This document shows, piece after piece, positions 32,601 through 46,886 of a stretch of DNA of 64,000 nt. Each line of letters opens with the position of its first letter. Position 1 is the stretch's first letter. Below the pieces are notes generated by a model. That model worked only from the letters and a program-made list of their open reading frames with translations. It made no database searches and was not told where the DNA came from. Source of the DNA: Paramecium tetraurelia (Eukaryota); contig CT868012.1 of NCBI GenBank assembly GCA_000165425.1, forward strand, positions 62,001 through 126,000, given 5' to 3'. Position numbers and translations under genes: made by a program.

Positions 32601-35600
32601 TAATTATTCACATAATTTCTCAATTTTTTTGAGATACAAGATTTCAGAAAAAGCTGGTAGATAATTATTACAATTAGAAACAATACTCCATAATTGTGGT
32701 CTTTTTGTGATAATTATACGCTTGGATATTAAACAAACTAAGAAATCAAGAGTGTTTTATGTAATCTCTTTCTTTTCATAAGATTTGTTTTGAATCAAAA
32801 ATTATATAGTTGATAACAATATTTGTTCAGGCAAATTTATGATTAAATACCTGAAAGTCTCTTATTCATCCAGTGTAAACTATGGTTTATTTATTAATTT
32901 CATCACTAACAAAATATTAGCATCCATGTACTCCTCAAATGCATCATCCTAACACTCATACAACTCTTTTAATTACTTAGTTATAAATTCAGCTAGAGAT
33001 TACTAATTAGATTAATTTTAACCCAATGCAAGTGCCAAAGAATTTTCTAGAATTAAATTCTAAGGCTTCAGTGAATTCTATAATTCTGTTGGGAAAAGTT
33101 GAATTATTTCTTGAAAAACTGGGTGATCCAAGATATATTACCCTTACACCTATTCTATAACCAAATTAATTATATCTTTATTAATAGCCTTGTTTTAAGA
33201 AAGATTATCCTTTATATATTCTTTGATAATTTAAGGATTACCCTTACAATGGCTCAATTAACTCATCACCAATTCAAAAACTAAAAAACTAAATCCATGA
33301 TGAATTTCAACAAATTTTAGAATTTCTTAATTAAATCCAAATATCTTCATTAAAGTAGCTTATTCCTTCTATATTAACAACTCAATTTAATATTTTCTTG
33401 CATTATTTTAATCATCAAGCACTTTGTTCCCCTATTCAGGAAGTTTAATTTCTTATTTATGAAAGAATTTGTGGAATTTTTCCGTTTGTTAATATGACTT
33501 GATGAATTCTTATATTATTTAAGATTAAATGGGGTAACTCTTGATTCTATCGACTACATTAAAATCGTATATATAAACGTATTGTTCGATATCTTATGCT
33601 TTTATGAATGATTTCATATAATCTAATAAAAAGTAAGATTTCTATTACAAAGCTATTTAATAAATTTTTGCATCTGACTCAAAACATACCTATTATAATT
33701 ACTCTGATATAAATTAATTAATGTCATTTTCCTTCAGATTTAGTTGTAGTTATTTAAGATAAACTTCATAAAACACTCTTGAGTATCTTTTGTATGCTAT
33801 ATAGTAAAGCAGTGGAACATTATTCAATTAAAATAACCTTTTATTATCGGATATTTTCTTGTAAACAAATTTATTATAATAAGTAATTATATCCTTCTCA
33901 TTTGAATATATTGTTAAAATCTAAAAAACATTTTATTCAAACCCCAATTTGACTGGATCCTTATGTAATTCCATTGCATAAATAATGGTTTCAAGATTAT
34001 TACTTAATAACGATGCTACCAAATATTTTTGATTGAAAACTAATTTGTTATCAAAGAATTCATGAGCCTTCAAAATAAATGCAATTTCTGTAATTTGTAA
34101 TTTATCAAATGAGAAATCTTCTACTGTCATACAACTTTTTAAGAATTAGAACTTTGCTTGGTAACAATTGTGCTCATAATTTAATGTTATGGATTTAATT
34201 AAATTAGATTTCTTAAAATAGTATTTACATACTGAATTGACATTAGTGATGTTCATTGCTCCATTTTAAATTATCTTATTAAATTACTCATTTTTAAAAT
34301 TATTTTTAAGAATCAAATTTGCAATTTCATTTACATTATATTTCACTTTATTTTTATCCTACGACAATAAGATTAGCAATTATTCAAAAAAGGCACTCTA
34401 AAATGGGGTAAAATAGTAAATTTTTGTAAATTTAACCTCACAATTTTAAATATTTGTCCCTAATAATTTAATATATAGATCAGCTCTCTCAGCTAAGAAC
34501 TCACTGAATCTTCTGTTTTATACTTATTTAAATTAGAATTTAGAATTTGATTTTCTGGTTTAGTAAAGCTATATTAAAATATTAATCAGTTGCTAATTCA
34601 TTTTTATTTAATCTGTGTTTGGAAATATTAAACTATCAAGCAGGGCATTAATTTAGATTGTTTCAACAGATAATGATTATTCGAGTTTTTACTTCTTTAA
34701 TTCTTCATTTAGATATTTAAATGTTCCTAAATAATCTACAGATTATTTAAAATTCACAAAATCACATTCTAACTTTTAAAATGAAAAATAGTAAGGGAAT
34801 TTCAACTATATTTCCATTTCAAATTCAAATTCAAAATCAAATTTAAATCCAAATTCATGTTCCAAGCATTTCTTTTTTGTAAAGATTTATACATTGTAAA
34901 TCTTTTAGAAACTTTCACTTGATTTTAGTTTGTTAAAGATGACTTGCAGTTTATCTTTAACTCCAGCGTGAATAAAGAATGAAATCTATTCCAAATATTC
35001 ATTTTCATCTAAATTTATTGTGTCGATAAATTATGAATATTCCTATTTACTTAATATCATATATTCTTAAAAATCCATAACATCCATATATTTTAGTTCT
35101 TCACTTCTATATTTAAATTAGCTTCTCTAAAATAATATATTTTCTTAAAGTTTAGATATTCCTTATGCCCCATTCGGATGATATTAAAATATTCTAGTGT
35201 CATCAAAGAAGGAATCGTAATTTTTAATGTTTGAAATGAATGGTTTATCTTAGATTGAGCCATATCTTCTTAATAGGTTAATCATTTAGTAAACCAATTT
35301 CTTTTTATTTGGGTAGGCCTTTTAATCTAAATTGATAAAATATCCAAATAAAAATCTTATCATCCAAAAATTTAATTTTATCTTCTCTAAATATTCAAAA
35401 CATTCATTTGGAAAAAATATTGAGTAAAAATAAAAATACAAAGGATTGGTCGCAAATGCCAATTTTGATTTATCAACTAAAATCTACCTTTCACACATCC
35501 ATTTAGCAACTGCTGGAGACCTCTATTGTGCTAATCCTAAATCATAGTATGATCTGTCGTGGAGTTCTTCATAATTTTCTTTCCAAATATCCAAGATAAT

Positions 35601-38600
35601 TTCTATCATTTAATCCTACCACTCTGGGGAAAAATAATACTCCTTTGATCTCACTTATTAGTACATTAGACATTTGTTAATTAAATTATCAAGATTTGTA
35701 TGTTTGATTAAATCAAATAGAAGTTGCTTATTAAATCGAGAGAAAGTGTCTACTTCTAAGTAATTTATAAATTTAGTTAAGATACAAATATCGGATTTTT
35801 AAATTTCAAAAGTATTTGTTGATATTTATTCTATTAACAATTTCATTTGAGCATTAAATAAAGAAATCTTTTCCTTTAAAGGTTAGTAAATTACAACAGA
35901 AGTCTGCCTTATAAAAAATTATTGAGCCAACATTTATACTAGTTCATATTAACTAATCTTTTTTAATTATATCAGAAATTGTAAGTTTTTATAAGAATTG
36001 TTTGAAATAATTTCAGAAAGAGGGAAATAATCATAATTAATGAGTTAAGGCTTATCTTCATCTCTATTAAAATACTCTGTGACTTCAGAATTGAGCTCAT
36101 CATAAATAATCAGATTTATCCAAAATTATTAGTTACTTTTTATTTGGTTATAAATGACCTATTCTTTTAATGATAATTTAACTGATAATTTGGCTAATGT
36201 TTTTTTAATATTTAAATTCAACTTAACTCTCATTCCGTACAATTACCAATCAAATAGTTACTCTAATTAATTTTATTCTAATGTATTTATTTAAACAATT
36301 AAATTTTATTAATCTAAAATATAAGGAATTATTTATTATTTATCATATTTAATGAACTTTGATGTTCTCCATAAGGCATCTAATCTAAAAAATGAGCCTC
36401 TATATAATTCATGTAATTTAGAATTCTTATCCAAAAGTAGTTAACATATAGAATTTGATCTTAGAATAACAGTTTTACCTTTAATAAAACAGTAGAATTA
36501 TTTGTCTTTATCTATTATTTCTTATAAGATATTCTTAAAAGCATAATAATTTTAAAAGTTTTCATCACTAACAGAATCCTAAATAATATTCTAACTTTAG
36601 ATTTCTAATGGAATAATCAGTTAATCTTGTTAAGGTAACAATTTTTCAAGAAGATTTAGTTTATAACTTTAGAAATTATTGTAATTTTGAAATAATATTT
36701 TTATTTTGATTTCTTTTCCTTTAAATAAATTTTTATCCAATCTCTCTATCAACATATTAATAAACTTATTATATTCTTCTTTCTAAGCTTTGATACTCAT
36801 TATATACTGTAAATATAGATTATCTGCCATTGATTCATTCTTTTAAAAACCATAAATCTTATTTTATATGATTTGAGGATTCTTTTAAATTTAGTTGTAT
36901 ATAGTATCCGATATCAATTATTGTAACTCCTAGCATTCTGGATAGTTAAACAATTCTTAATAAATGAATAGTACTCTTGAAATCTATTGCACCAATTTTT
37001 AACATTCCTATAGATTGTTTTTTTGCTAATATTACTGTGAATCGATTGATTTACAAATACTCTCTATCTAAATTTTAAGTTATTAAAATCTTTTACTCAC
37101 CAAAAGAGTATATAATAGTGATGTACTTATATTGCCAATATCATAAGGGATATGACTTGAATAAATTGAATAATTCTAAATCCATGGAAACTACTCAAAT
37201 AAACCATATTTTATAATTTACTTCGCCAATTATATATAATGTTAATAAAATGTAGTAAAATTTTGATATTCTTTGGTTTATTTATTTTTTTCATCTTTGT
37301 TAAACAGCAATTGTTTTTTTTTTGTTATTAATTATATTAATTATACTTTTGATAAGTTTGAAAAATGGGGAAGTGATGATCTTAATGATGTTTTGCCATT
37401 GAGAATTGAATCAGCTATTTTATAGGATTCCATCTCTAAATTGTCGATAGAAAATTATTTAACTAAGGTAGAACTTAGGAAGTTAACCATATCTGATGAA
37501 ATAACCCTTTAAGTATCCAAATAATACACGAGAGGAATCTAATCTTAATAAGCAACATTCAATAGAGTCTTGACAATTGAGTTCTTTTCTAAAATATCAA
37601 TTAATTTCTTGATTGTTTCTTAATCACTTTATTTTAAATTCTTATTCTTGCATAAACAGTGAATTAATGTTAAACCTTAAGTGGTTATATAATTTATGTT
37701 TTATTCAAGTTATTTTGGATACTATTGAATATACTCTACAATTATTGAAATCGGAGCTTTTTGAAAGAATATCCAGAAAGGAGTTCTTTGATCCAAGCTT
37801 TTCTGATGATAATATGGATTTGAATATTGAACAAACAATTCCCAATTTTCTTTATTGGCTATTTCGTGAAATAAACTATAATTTAATATTTGAAGTTCGA
37901 TTTTTGTTAAATTTGTAACTGTGCTAGTAGTTTTTGGAATTGCTTTTGGTATTTTCAAATGATTAAAAGCAAAACTTTATTTCCAGCTTCTATATTGCTT
38001 TTAAAATAATTCTCCTAATGATTATTTAAATAACTTGGCTATTTTTCTAAAAAGGAGTAAATGTATCTATTTTTTATGATTGAAATATGAAATGCAATTT
38101 TAAGCATACATAATTGCATTTTTAACTCTATATATCTTTGGATCTTCAAATGAATTAAACACTTTTTATAATTATTCATTTGATTTAACCTCATCCAAAA
38201 ACTCTATAGTCATTTATATTTTATCGATTTAACTTTGGGGTCTAAATTTTCTTAATAGAGAAACAGCTAAATCAAGCAATTCATAATTTTTTTCTGGCAA
38301 TTTATGATTGATGAGTAATTCTGTTATTATCTCATAGTTATCAATATAAGTTAAAATTAATGTCAATATTGTTTCATCACTATCATTTCTTAAAAACATA
38401 GCATCCATCACTTTAAGGTCTTGCTTTTAGCATATGCTCTAAATTACAGATAATATTTACTTAGAAATTTGAAAATGTTAAGGATTTCAATTGTATTTGT
38501 CTAATTATTTCCTCGACTGTGTCGATGTATTTATTCCTAGCTTATAAATGAATTAATTTCTTTTTCGTTCCTAATTTGATGAAAATCTCCAAATTATCAG

Positions 38601-38817
38601 TCGTTTATGGGTACAGAATCAATTCTCCACTTAGGGATTTATTTGAAACTTATGTTGCTTGATGCTATGTTTGGGATTATTTTACAGGGGTTTCATTTTG
38701 AACCTTTGTTCCATGGTTTTGAATTTCAGTATCCTTTTTTGGAATAACAACAATATCGTCAACAGGCTTTATTTTTTAGGGCTCATTTACAGATGGTTTA
38801 CTGAACTAGCAACCCAT
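26642..38817 (-). CDS. Giant HECT E3 ubiquitin ligase (~4,020 aa) with N-terminal MGC acylation motif
   Basis: HECT motifs FINEPGYDQGGPRKEFY, LLQYITGSPTLP and IPTTRTCFNLIELPLY..GFGIF*. Track ORFs from 38411 to 27962 share one frame. Four introns (38439-38460, 27844-27868, 27426-27454, ~27030-27057) leave a length divisible by 3. Confidence 0.85.
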
Positions 38818-39702
38818 TAATTACTAAAATAAATATTAATATTTCTTATATATTTTGCCTAATTTTATATTAATATTAATTCTAGTTCAAGTATCGGAAG
38901 AAATTTTTTTCTTTATTATTATAAATGACTTTAATTAAATTATGAAGAAAAATTCTATTTGTATATATAGATATATTTTCTGTCTAATTCAAAAATTAAC
39001 AATTGGATTAAACAATAAGGTATTTAATAATCTCAACATATGTTGAGGACAAACAAGAGCAACCTCACCTTAAATCATCAAATTATGGTGATCAAAATAT
39101 TCTATAAAAAATGTATTTAATTTAAAAAGAATACTATTTATTTAATTCAAGATTTGGTATAATTTATACTATTTATTTTGAGGGTAAGTTTGCAGAAGAA
39201 AAAGGGTTAAATCGACTTCCTTATTAAAAATTATCTATGTAATATTATTATATACTATTTTACCTGATATATAAGTATTTTTCTCAATTTTTTATTGATG
39301 ATGAAACAATTAGCTAATAAATTTGAGTAATCATGAAATCTTAATAGTTGTTTGAAACCTAATACTCATAATTTTGGGTATAAGAAGTGGAAATTTATTT
39401 ACTCATAAGTCGAACTATTAATTGCACAAATTCTAAGAGATTATAAATTGATCCTCTTTATTATTTATAATCTCTTCAATTTCGGAATAATAATCTGAAT
39501 ATTTTAAAAGAATCTCTTATAAATGATCAAAGAATATTTAAATGAAATTCATATTTCAATTCGACAATTTAATAGTTATATGACAATATTACAAGTTGTT
39601 TGACAAAACTGATACGAAGAAGATGTAAATATATCAATAAGAGAAGTTTTTGAATGTTTAATTAAATGACAGTCTTAATAATGAGATTATTAATAAAATA
39701 AT

Positions 39703-40330
39703 ATGATATTAATCTTTGCCATCATCATCGTCATTTCAAATGCTGTTATTGATCCAATCACAGTTGAGAATTGCAAATGGGCTCCAACATAATACAAATT
39801 AGCTCATCAAAATGAAGCCACAACAGAGAATGTGGAATTCACATATTTCACAATTTGCAAGTCTTTGAATCAGAAACTAGTCATTGACTTTTTCAATGTT
39901 GATTCGTATTATGTCCTTTTATTTTAGAAACATTGATGCTCCTCTGACGAATTGCAATGATCCATTATTTCAACATGACGTCGATGAAATTTTCATTGGA
40001 ACTAAGACAGAATATTTAGAAATTGAAGTCTCTCCAAATGGAGCTTTGTTCTATGCAACTATAGGCAATCCAAATGGAAGTTGTACCAATTTGATAACCA
40101 CTTATAAATAATGTGATGAGATATCCTATTTTGCTGAATTTGTCACACCAACTGCTTGGAATGCTCACATCGAATTACCCATTTCTATGTTCACCTAACC
40201 CCTTTATGCCAACTTCTTTAGAGTAAATAAGATGAAAGATCGTTCCACTCATTATATGAGTTACAATCCTATCAATGCAACACCTGCTTGTTTCCATAGA
40301 CCCGATAAATTCGTTTAATTGATAGTGTGA
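39703..40330 (+). CDS. Secreted CBM9-like/DOMON-like domain protein (~201 aa)
   Basis: Signal peptide MILIFAIIIVISNA and a 22-nt intron near 39908-39929. Motifs DVDEIFI..YLEIEVSPNG, WNAHIELP, ANFFR and ACFHRPDKF. Confidence 0.7.
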
Positions 40331-40363
40331 AGTATATATCATCACATTTATATAATTTATATT

Positions 40364-41056
40364 ATGCAAGATTAATTTGTAAACCCGATCTATTTGTCAG
40401 CTCATCAATTAGCAGATCTCTTTAATAATTCTTAAGCTGAGATTAAATTCGGAAATGAATCCAAAATTGTCTCCTCAATCAATCTTGATTCTCCACCTGA
40501 ACAAACCCATGAATTTAGCTTCTCTGAATTTCAATAAATCAATTCCAACCCCTCTATTCCTGATATTGAAACCGCGAATTGCATAGTCACCAAAGAGCAG
40601 TATATGCAAATCCTCTCCCAAATTGAATTGAATGAAAAACTCAAATCATAATATCATCAATTGTTTAAGGAGAATCAGGAACAATTGCAAATACGAAAAT
40701 AATTCGAAAATAAAAATGCAGATATTCTAGATTCCAATTTTCAAATCAAAAGGGAAATCTAAGAAATTAAATAAAAATTATTTATTACCCAAAGTGCCAT
40801 AAAATTGCGTAAAGATAAATAGATAATTGAACTCAAAAATCAACTGAAAGAATTGCAACATAAACAATCTGAAAAGAGAGACACTCTTCAATCGATAACA
40901 TTTACTGAAAACAGCACTGTCGAATCCGAAAAATCTAATTCATAGTATTGTAATACAAGTAGATTGGTTAGAGTGGATTAAAGTTCCTCGCATCATTAAT
41001 CAATCAAGCATAATCAATGTAGAAACAATTCATTAATTAAATTATTCAAGAACTGA
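40364..41056 (+). CDS. Hypothetical coiled-coil protein (~230 aa)
   Basis: 693-nt frame open in code 6 with a Q/E/K-rich heptad region. Confidence 0.65.
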
Positions 41057-41600
41057 CTTTTTAACATAGTTTTTGATTAAAAATATTATATTGTATTTAA
41101 TGAAATTTAATTTTATTCTATATCTATTAATTTAATATTGAATAAATTTATTATTTTATCATGTTCTAAATTAAATTAATTTAATTTATAGTGCTTATAG
41201 GTTAAAATTTATAAAATTAAATATAATACAAAACAGAAATCAAAAAAAGATGATATATTCACAATTTATATTAGATTAACTGAGATACTAAGAATAATAG
41301 GATATTATTGTATATATAAAGGGTATATTTGACCTCGCATAACTTGAGAAAAGAATTGCATTTATAAATAATTTTAAGCTTAGTTTTTTTTAAATATTAT
41401 ACGCATTTATTTGTTAATACATTCTCCAATTTAATTATTTTGTAGCAGTCGGACTAATTAAGGGATTAAGACCTTTAATTAATGAATACAAATAATCAGT
41501 TTCTATGATTTTGTTAAAAAGATTCTTAAATAGAATAACTTTTTTGAATACCTTTATTGAATATTTTTATTGAGTACTTATTTCTAAATAATATAATTAT

Positions 41601-43285
41601 ATGATAGAATTCGATCCTCCCTTAATTTGTGCTAAACACGGAGAAAAGATTGATGTTTACTGTAAGAACCCTGAGTGCAAACTAGAGACAAGAATATGCT
41701 GTAACACTTGTGCATAAATTTATCATAATCATCAAACTACAAGAATTTGGGAATTGAAAAATGTTTTTAATAGTGCTATCTCAACTCTTAAAGAAAAAGA
41801 GTAAAAGACTTAGGATATACTTGAATAAATTAAAAACAAAACCTAAGAACTAAGTAAATAAATTAACAAATAAACCTCCTTCTTGTAAGAATTAATTGAT
41901 GCTCCTTAATGTCAGACATTTACAAATTTAATAGAAGGCATAAAGATCTCTAACCCACAAAATTTGACTTTGATTTCGGAAACTGTCTAAAAGTGTGGAA
42001 GTCATCCTATTTTAGATTTCTGTATCAAATCTAAAACAACTAATTGTATCATTTAGATATTACTTAAGATGTAAAACTACTTGAACAGAATAAAGAGTAA
42101 GAGGCAAAATAGGTTCTAAAGGATATAATTGATAGATACTAACATAATGAAATATATAAACTAGAAATGAGTAAAATTATATATACTATTATAAAGAACG
42201 ATTAAATGGTGAAATAATCCAATTAATTCCTCATTTAATAATTCAATGTAATTAATTATGAATTATAAATATTAGACTAAAGTTTCCTGGAACATGATTA
42301 AAACGCAAAAGAAGCTCTTAAAATTCTGGATTAACTACTCGAAAGAGATAAAGGCAATTTTATTTATTAAAGAGAAAGAGGTAAATTTATAATGAATCTA
42401 AGCACGCCTTGTTCGTTAGACTATAGAATACTCAGTAGCAGATGATAATTTTTTCAATGGAAACTATAAAGCATCAGTTCAAGATTGTGACAAATTGTTA
42501 TAAATAAGAAAAGACTCCAGAATATGTTATCAAAAAGGTTGGAAATCTTAATAATTTAGGACTCTCCTTATTTTACTTAAAATAATATGATAATTCTATA
42601 AATTCTATCAATTAGGCGATTGAGATCGATATTGAAAACATTCAGTATCATATATCGAAAAGTATTTTCTACCTTTTTTAATTAGTCCAATTGTTATTTG
42701 CAAAAAAGGATATAGAGAATCTTAAGGTGGAGGCACTAGATTTGAAAAATTACTGTGATTCTATTTAACAAGTAATTAATGTAACCATCCATATTTATTA
42801 ATGATAGGGATAAATTCTATTTTTATAAGAAGAATATGAAAAAGCATAGAGGTGCTTTGAAGAAGCAATATCGAGTAATTATTTTTCATATGAAGCTCAT
42901 TTTTTAAGAGCTTTGGTATTTTTATTTATGATTTAGTGTTTATCTAAAGTTCTCAATACAAATGAAATGATTATTACTCCTGAGTAGATATTATAAAATA
43001 ATAAGAATGATTTGCCTAGTGACATGAATAAGTTCAGGAAATATTATTGTATGTATTTAGAAGGCTATAATTATTAAAACAATCAATTTCAATTAAGTCC
43101 TGGAAGATTAAACTAATTTTATCAACCCCTAATGCAATAACAATCAAATGGCAATCAAACAAATAATATAACACTTGGGAAATAATGACAAATTTAATTA
43201 TATTCCAATTAGGTGTTAGAACTTATGTAATTTTTAAAGTCAATTTTCTTGTCATATAAACAAATTTAATCATATTCAATCATGA
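41601..43285 (+). CDS. B-box-like Zn finger + TPR protein (3' end uncertain)
   Basis: N-terminal CAKHGEKIDVYCKNPEC..ICCNTC..HNH. TPR-like exons (GNYKASVQDCDKLL, GLSLFYLKQYDNSINSINQAIEID) are separated by tiny introns. Confidence 0.6.
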
Positions 43286-44103
43286 GATCTAATTTCTAAA
43301 CTTCGCATAACTTTCATAAAATCTAATTGATTTGTGCTTAAATAGATCACTATTTTGTAGAAATGATCTTAATTATTTTTAAATGGGTATGTTTTTCTCA
43401 TAAATTTAGGTATATTGAATTTATTAAATTACAGATTTGCTGATATTACTATGTTTTCGAGCTGACTAAGATCCTTTTACATCAATTGAATACCCCCGAA
43501 TTTTCGGTAGAGTGTTTCCTTTTCTCATTGATAAATTCATTACGTAATTAAAAATTAAATCATTCATAAATGAAAGATAGAAATAGACTCAAATGATTAG
43601 AAAATAGAGATAAAACTTCTAATCTTGTATCACTTCCTTTTTTGATATATTCCATTGAAAATTGTAAACATATTTTTGTAATATCAATTTGATTTTCAAT
43701 AAATCTCTCTTTTAATAAAAATGAAAGAAACTAATCTTCTATAGAAATAGTATTTATTTATAAATATATTAATTTCAAGCAAAAGTAGCAAAGGAGTGAG
43801 AAATTTAGCAGATAGAAGATAGTATGATGGATGTTCATCATTAAAAATTAAAATTAAAGAAAAATGTGTACATACAAATTCATTTAGATTAGTTTTAAAT
43901 ATAATAATAAAAAATAAAATGAATAGTAATAAGTATTTATAATCATGATACTTTCAAGATATGGGAAATTCAGATTTAAATATCAAAAATTATTTGATTG
44001 CTTACTTATAGAAATGAGAAATGTTCTATAATTGTGTAAGACTATCATTGAAATGGGTGTATATTGAGTTTTTAAATGAATAGTCTAATTATTATTATAA
44101 ATA

Positions 44104-45576
44104 ATGGATGAAATAAAACTAGTGGAATCAGATGATGAATTAGAATATCAGCCTTAGACATTGAAGACTTAGAAGCAACACCAGCCAAAGAGTGTTTAAG
44201 AGATGAGAGAACAATTTAGGTTATAAATTAGAAAGGAAAGAATTGAGGAATAATTGGAGAAGAAGAGGATGTGGTATATACCGAAACAGCGATTATAGAG
44301 TTCTTAATTGAATTTCTCAATTAATAACTTATTCAATGAATTGAAAAACGTGTATGCTCAGAAAGATATGAATGAGATTTCATAGAAATTGCATTTGATT
44401 GCAAATATCATTGATGATCGGAATCGCATTCACAGTTTGTTTTTGACTTAGAGGAACTTTCTGCAATTCAAAGATCTATTGAATGATGAATCCTACTATA
44501 TTGATACGTTTACCATATATCTGCAATTGACATAAGATGATGAATATTTTCAATTGCCTGTCGAAGACATCCAATGGTCAATTGAGAGATCATTGGATTT
44601 GCTGATAGAGAATAAACAAATAGATGACTTGGCTAATTTGATTTTGGGATATTTGGGGAATGTCTCAAGTAAACTATAATAAATCCAGCATTATTTGCTG
44701 AGTAAGAATACTATCGAGATTCTATGTTAATTAATGAAGGATAGTTTATTGCATAATGTTTGTTATCTTATTTAAACTCTATGCAGAAACATTCCCGAAC
44801 AGTTCAAACCTTAAGTAGTAGTAATTTTGAAGCATTTGAAGATTAACAAAAGTTAAGAAATACTGTAAACTTTATTTATCATCAACAAGCAGTGTGATTA
44901 GTATGATAAAGACATTAATTATTTTGAAATATTTCAATTACTCTTTAATTATTTGAATGAATATCTTACTAATGAAAACGACTTTGAATCATTCTACTCT
45001 GCTCTACTCCAAATGAAATACTTATCAGATTTCCAGTAATTGTATGCAATCTTCCAGCAATTTTCCATCTTGGAGATTATTAATAAACTCATCAATTACA
45101 AATATCAAAAGATACGCACAGCAGTCTTATACATTTTACAGAATCTATGCAAATAGGGACATCATGTGATCCAATAGATATTTTAACAATAGGAATTAAT
45201 TAAAAAACTAATTAATATTCTCACAACCGATAAACCAATTAATTAATCTCTTGTAATCAAATCAGTTCAACATATACTAAAGTATGGAAACCAACAAGAT
45301 ATCACAGTTCTCATTAGTCTGGGTCTTGCTGTCTATCTAAAATCGACTGTCGAATCAGCAGAACCCTACATAGTTCTACAAGGATTGGAATGTGTGACCT
45401 CACTTATGAATTATGGTTTGTCTTTGTAAACACAATTGAATGTCCCGAATCCTATACTAGCTATACTGCAACAAAATCACCTAATTTAAGCAATTGAAGA
45501 CTTGTAATATCATCCTAACAAAGAGATCTTCACTCAATCATAAAAGCTAATCACCGAATTTTTTAGAACTGAATGA
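44104..45576 (+). CDS. Divergent importin-alpha-like ARM-repeat protein (~490 aa)
   Basis: IBB-like EMREQFRLQIRKERIEEQLEKKR and importin-alpha C-terminal signature IEDLQYHPNKEIFTQSQKLITEFF. Intronless frame. Confidence 0.78.
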
Positions 45577-46092
45577 ATAAGTATCTATATCAAAACATAT
45601 GATATCTTAAATTAATATGGCTTGTCGCTTATCAAATTTAAGTTTTAAAACTTTGTGTATATAAATTCATGACATTATAATAATTCTAAAAATTACTGTT
45701 TAAGCCGATTATCATAAATTATGAGCATTAATACATTTATATTGTATATTGAATTTCTACTTCCTCCTCATAAGTGTGTTAATCTATGACTCTGCATTGC
45801 CATAGAAAGGACTCCGTAAACTATATTAGGATTTACTCTCAATTCTATAATTTATATGAAATAACATTATAATTGAAGTAAAAAAATGAACGACCTTTTC
45901 CAACCTGAAAAGTTACCTTAATTGTAAACTAAGATTTGAACCAACTTGGTATTAAGTGCAACAATGATAATTAATCGAATTTGATCACTCTTTATACTAA
46001 ATTGGAAGGTGTGTTTTGAACATGAAAACGTTTATGAAAATAAAATGAATTGAAATTCAAACCTAAAGAAAATGTTTAATTCATTATTTTTG

Positions 46093-46529
46093 TCAATCAA
46101 GTATGTTAAACTTAGCCTTTCCTAAGTATTATTTACAATTAGGACAGGAATGTTAAACATCTTTACAATCATCCACCAAACATGGTATACAAGTAACACA
46201 GATGAATCCAAAAGAACAAAAGATTAGAAGGACTCCAGCTAGAAAGGTTTACGATCCAATTCTTCTTGAAATGACTGAATTCACCTGAATAATATCTAAA
46301 AAATTACTTTCATCTTACATCCTGGGCATATAATTCTTACAGACTAATAATGCCCGTCTCCAGAAACCTAGACAGAAGATACTAGTTTAATATCTTCAAA
46401 TGTAATTGGTTTTTGAACAGGTTTGTCATTGGGTGAGTTATCCAAGGTAATGTTGGGCTCGTATTGCTAAGCATTTTTGGTAATGTGAAAAACTATCTCG
46501 TCTCCATCACTGCGATTTAAGTCTTACAT
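46093..46529 (-). CDS. LITAF-domain protein (~137 aa)
   Basis: ICPGC, a hydrophobic helix, then CIPCLVDDCKDVQHSCPNCKQYLG. One 23-nt intron. Confidence 0.88.
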
Positions 46530-46886
46530 TAATTTAATATATACTAATCAACTTGGAAGAAGTTAATCTTTTCTTAATTGAGAATTTAAAGATATTTCAA
46601 AGAGTTTTTAATAAATTATATCCCGTATCTCCCATTCCATTCTCTCGATAGAAATATCTTTTATTATCAGATGGACTATTTAAATAGTGCAATTCTATAT
46701 AGTAGTATAGATAATAAATACTAAAAAAGTACTTGTAGATATTATTAATTATTTTAATGAAATAACATAAACATCAGAATTAAAAACTTCAATTCAAAAA
46801 GAGGATTGATAAATGAACATAATATAAATATAATTATAAATATTAATTATTCAAACTTAAGTTGAGGGGAGTAGCATTAATAGATC

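Noticed and set aside
27715..38411. Plus-strand track ORFs within the HECT gene (27715, 30433, 33099, 37613)
   Set aside because: Antisense shadows of the long minus-strand coding frame with no motifs of their own.
38818..39702. AT-rich spacer as a retained IES or transposon
   Set aside because: No terminal inverted repeats or interrupted ORF to define boundaries. TA dinucleotides alone are uninformative at this AT content.
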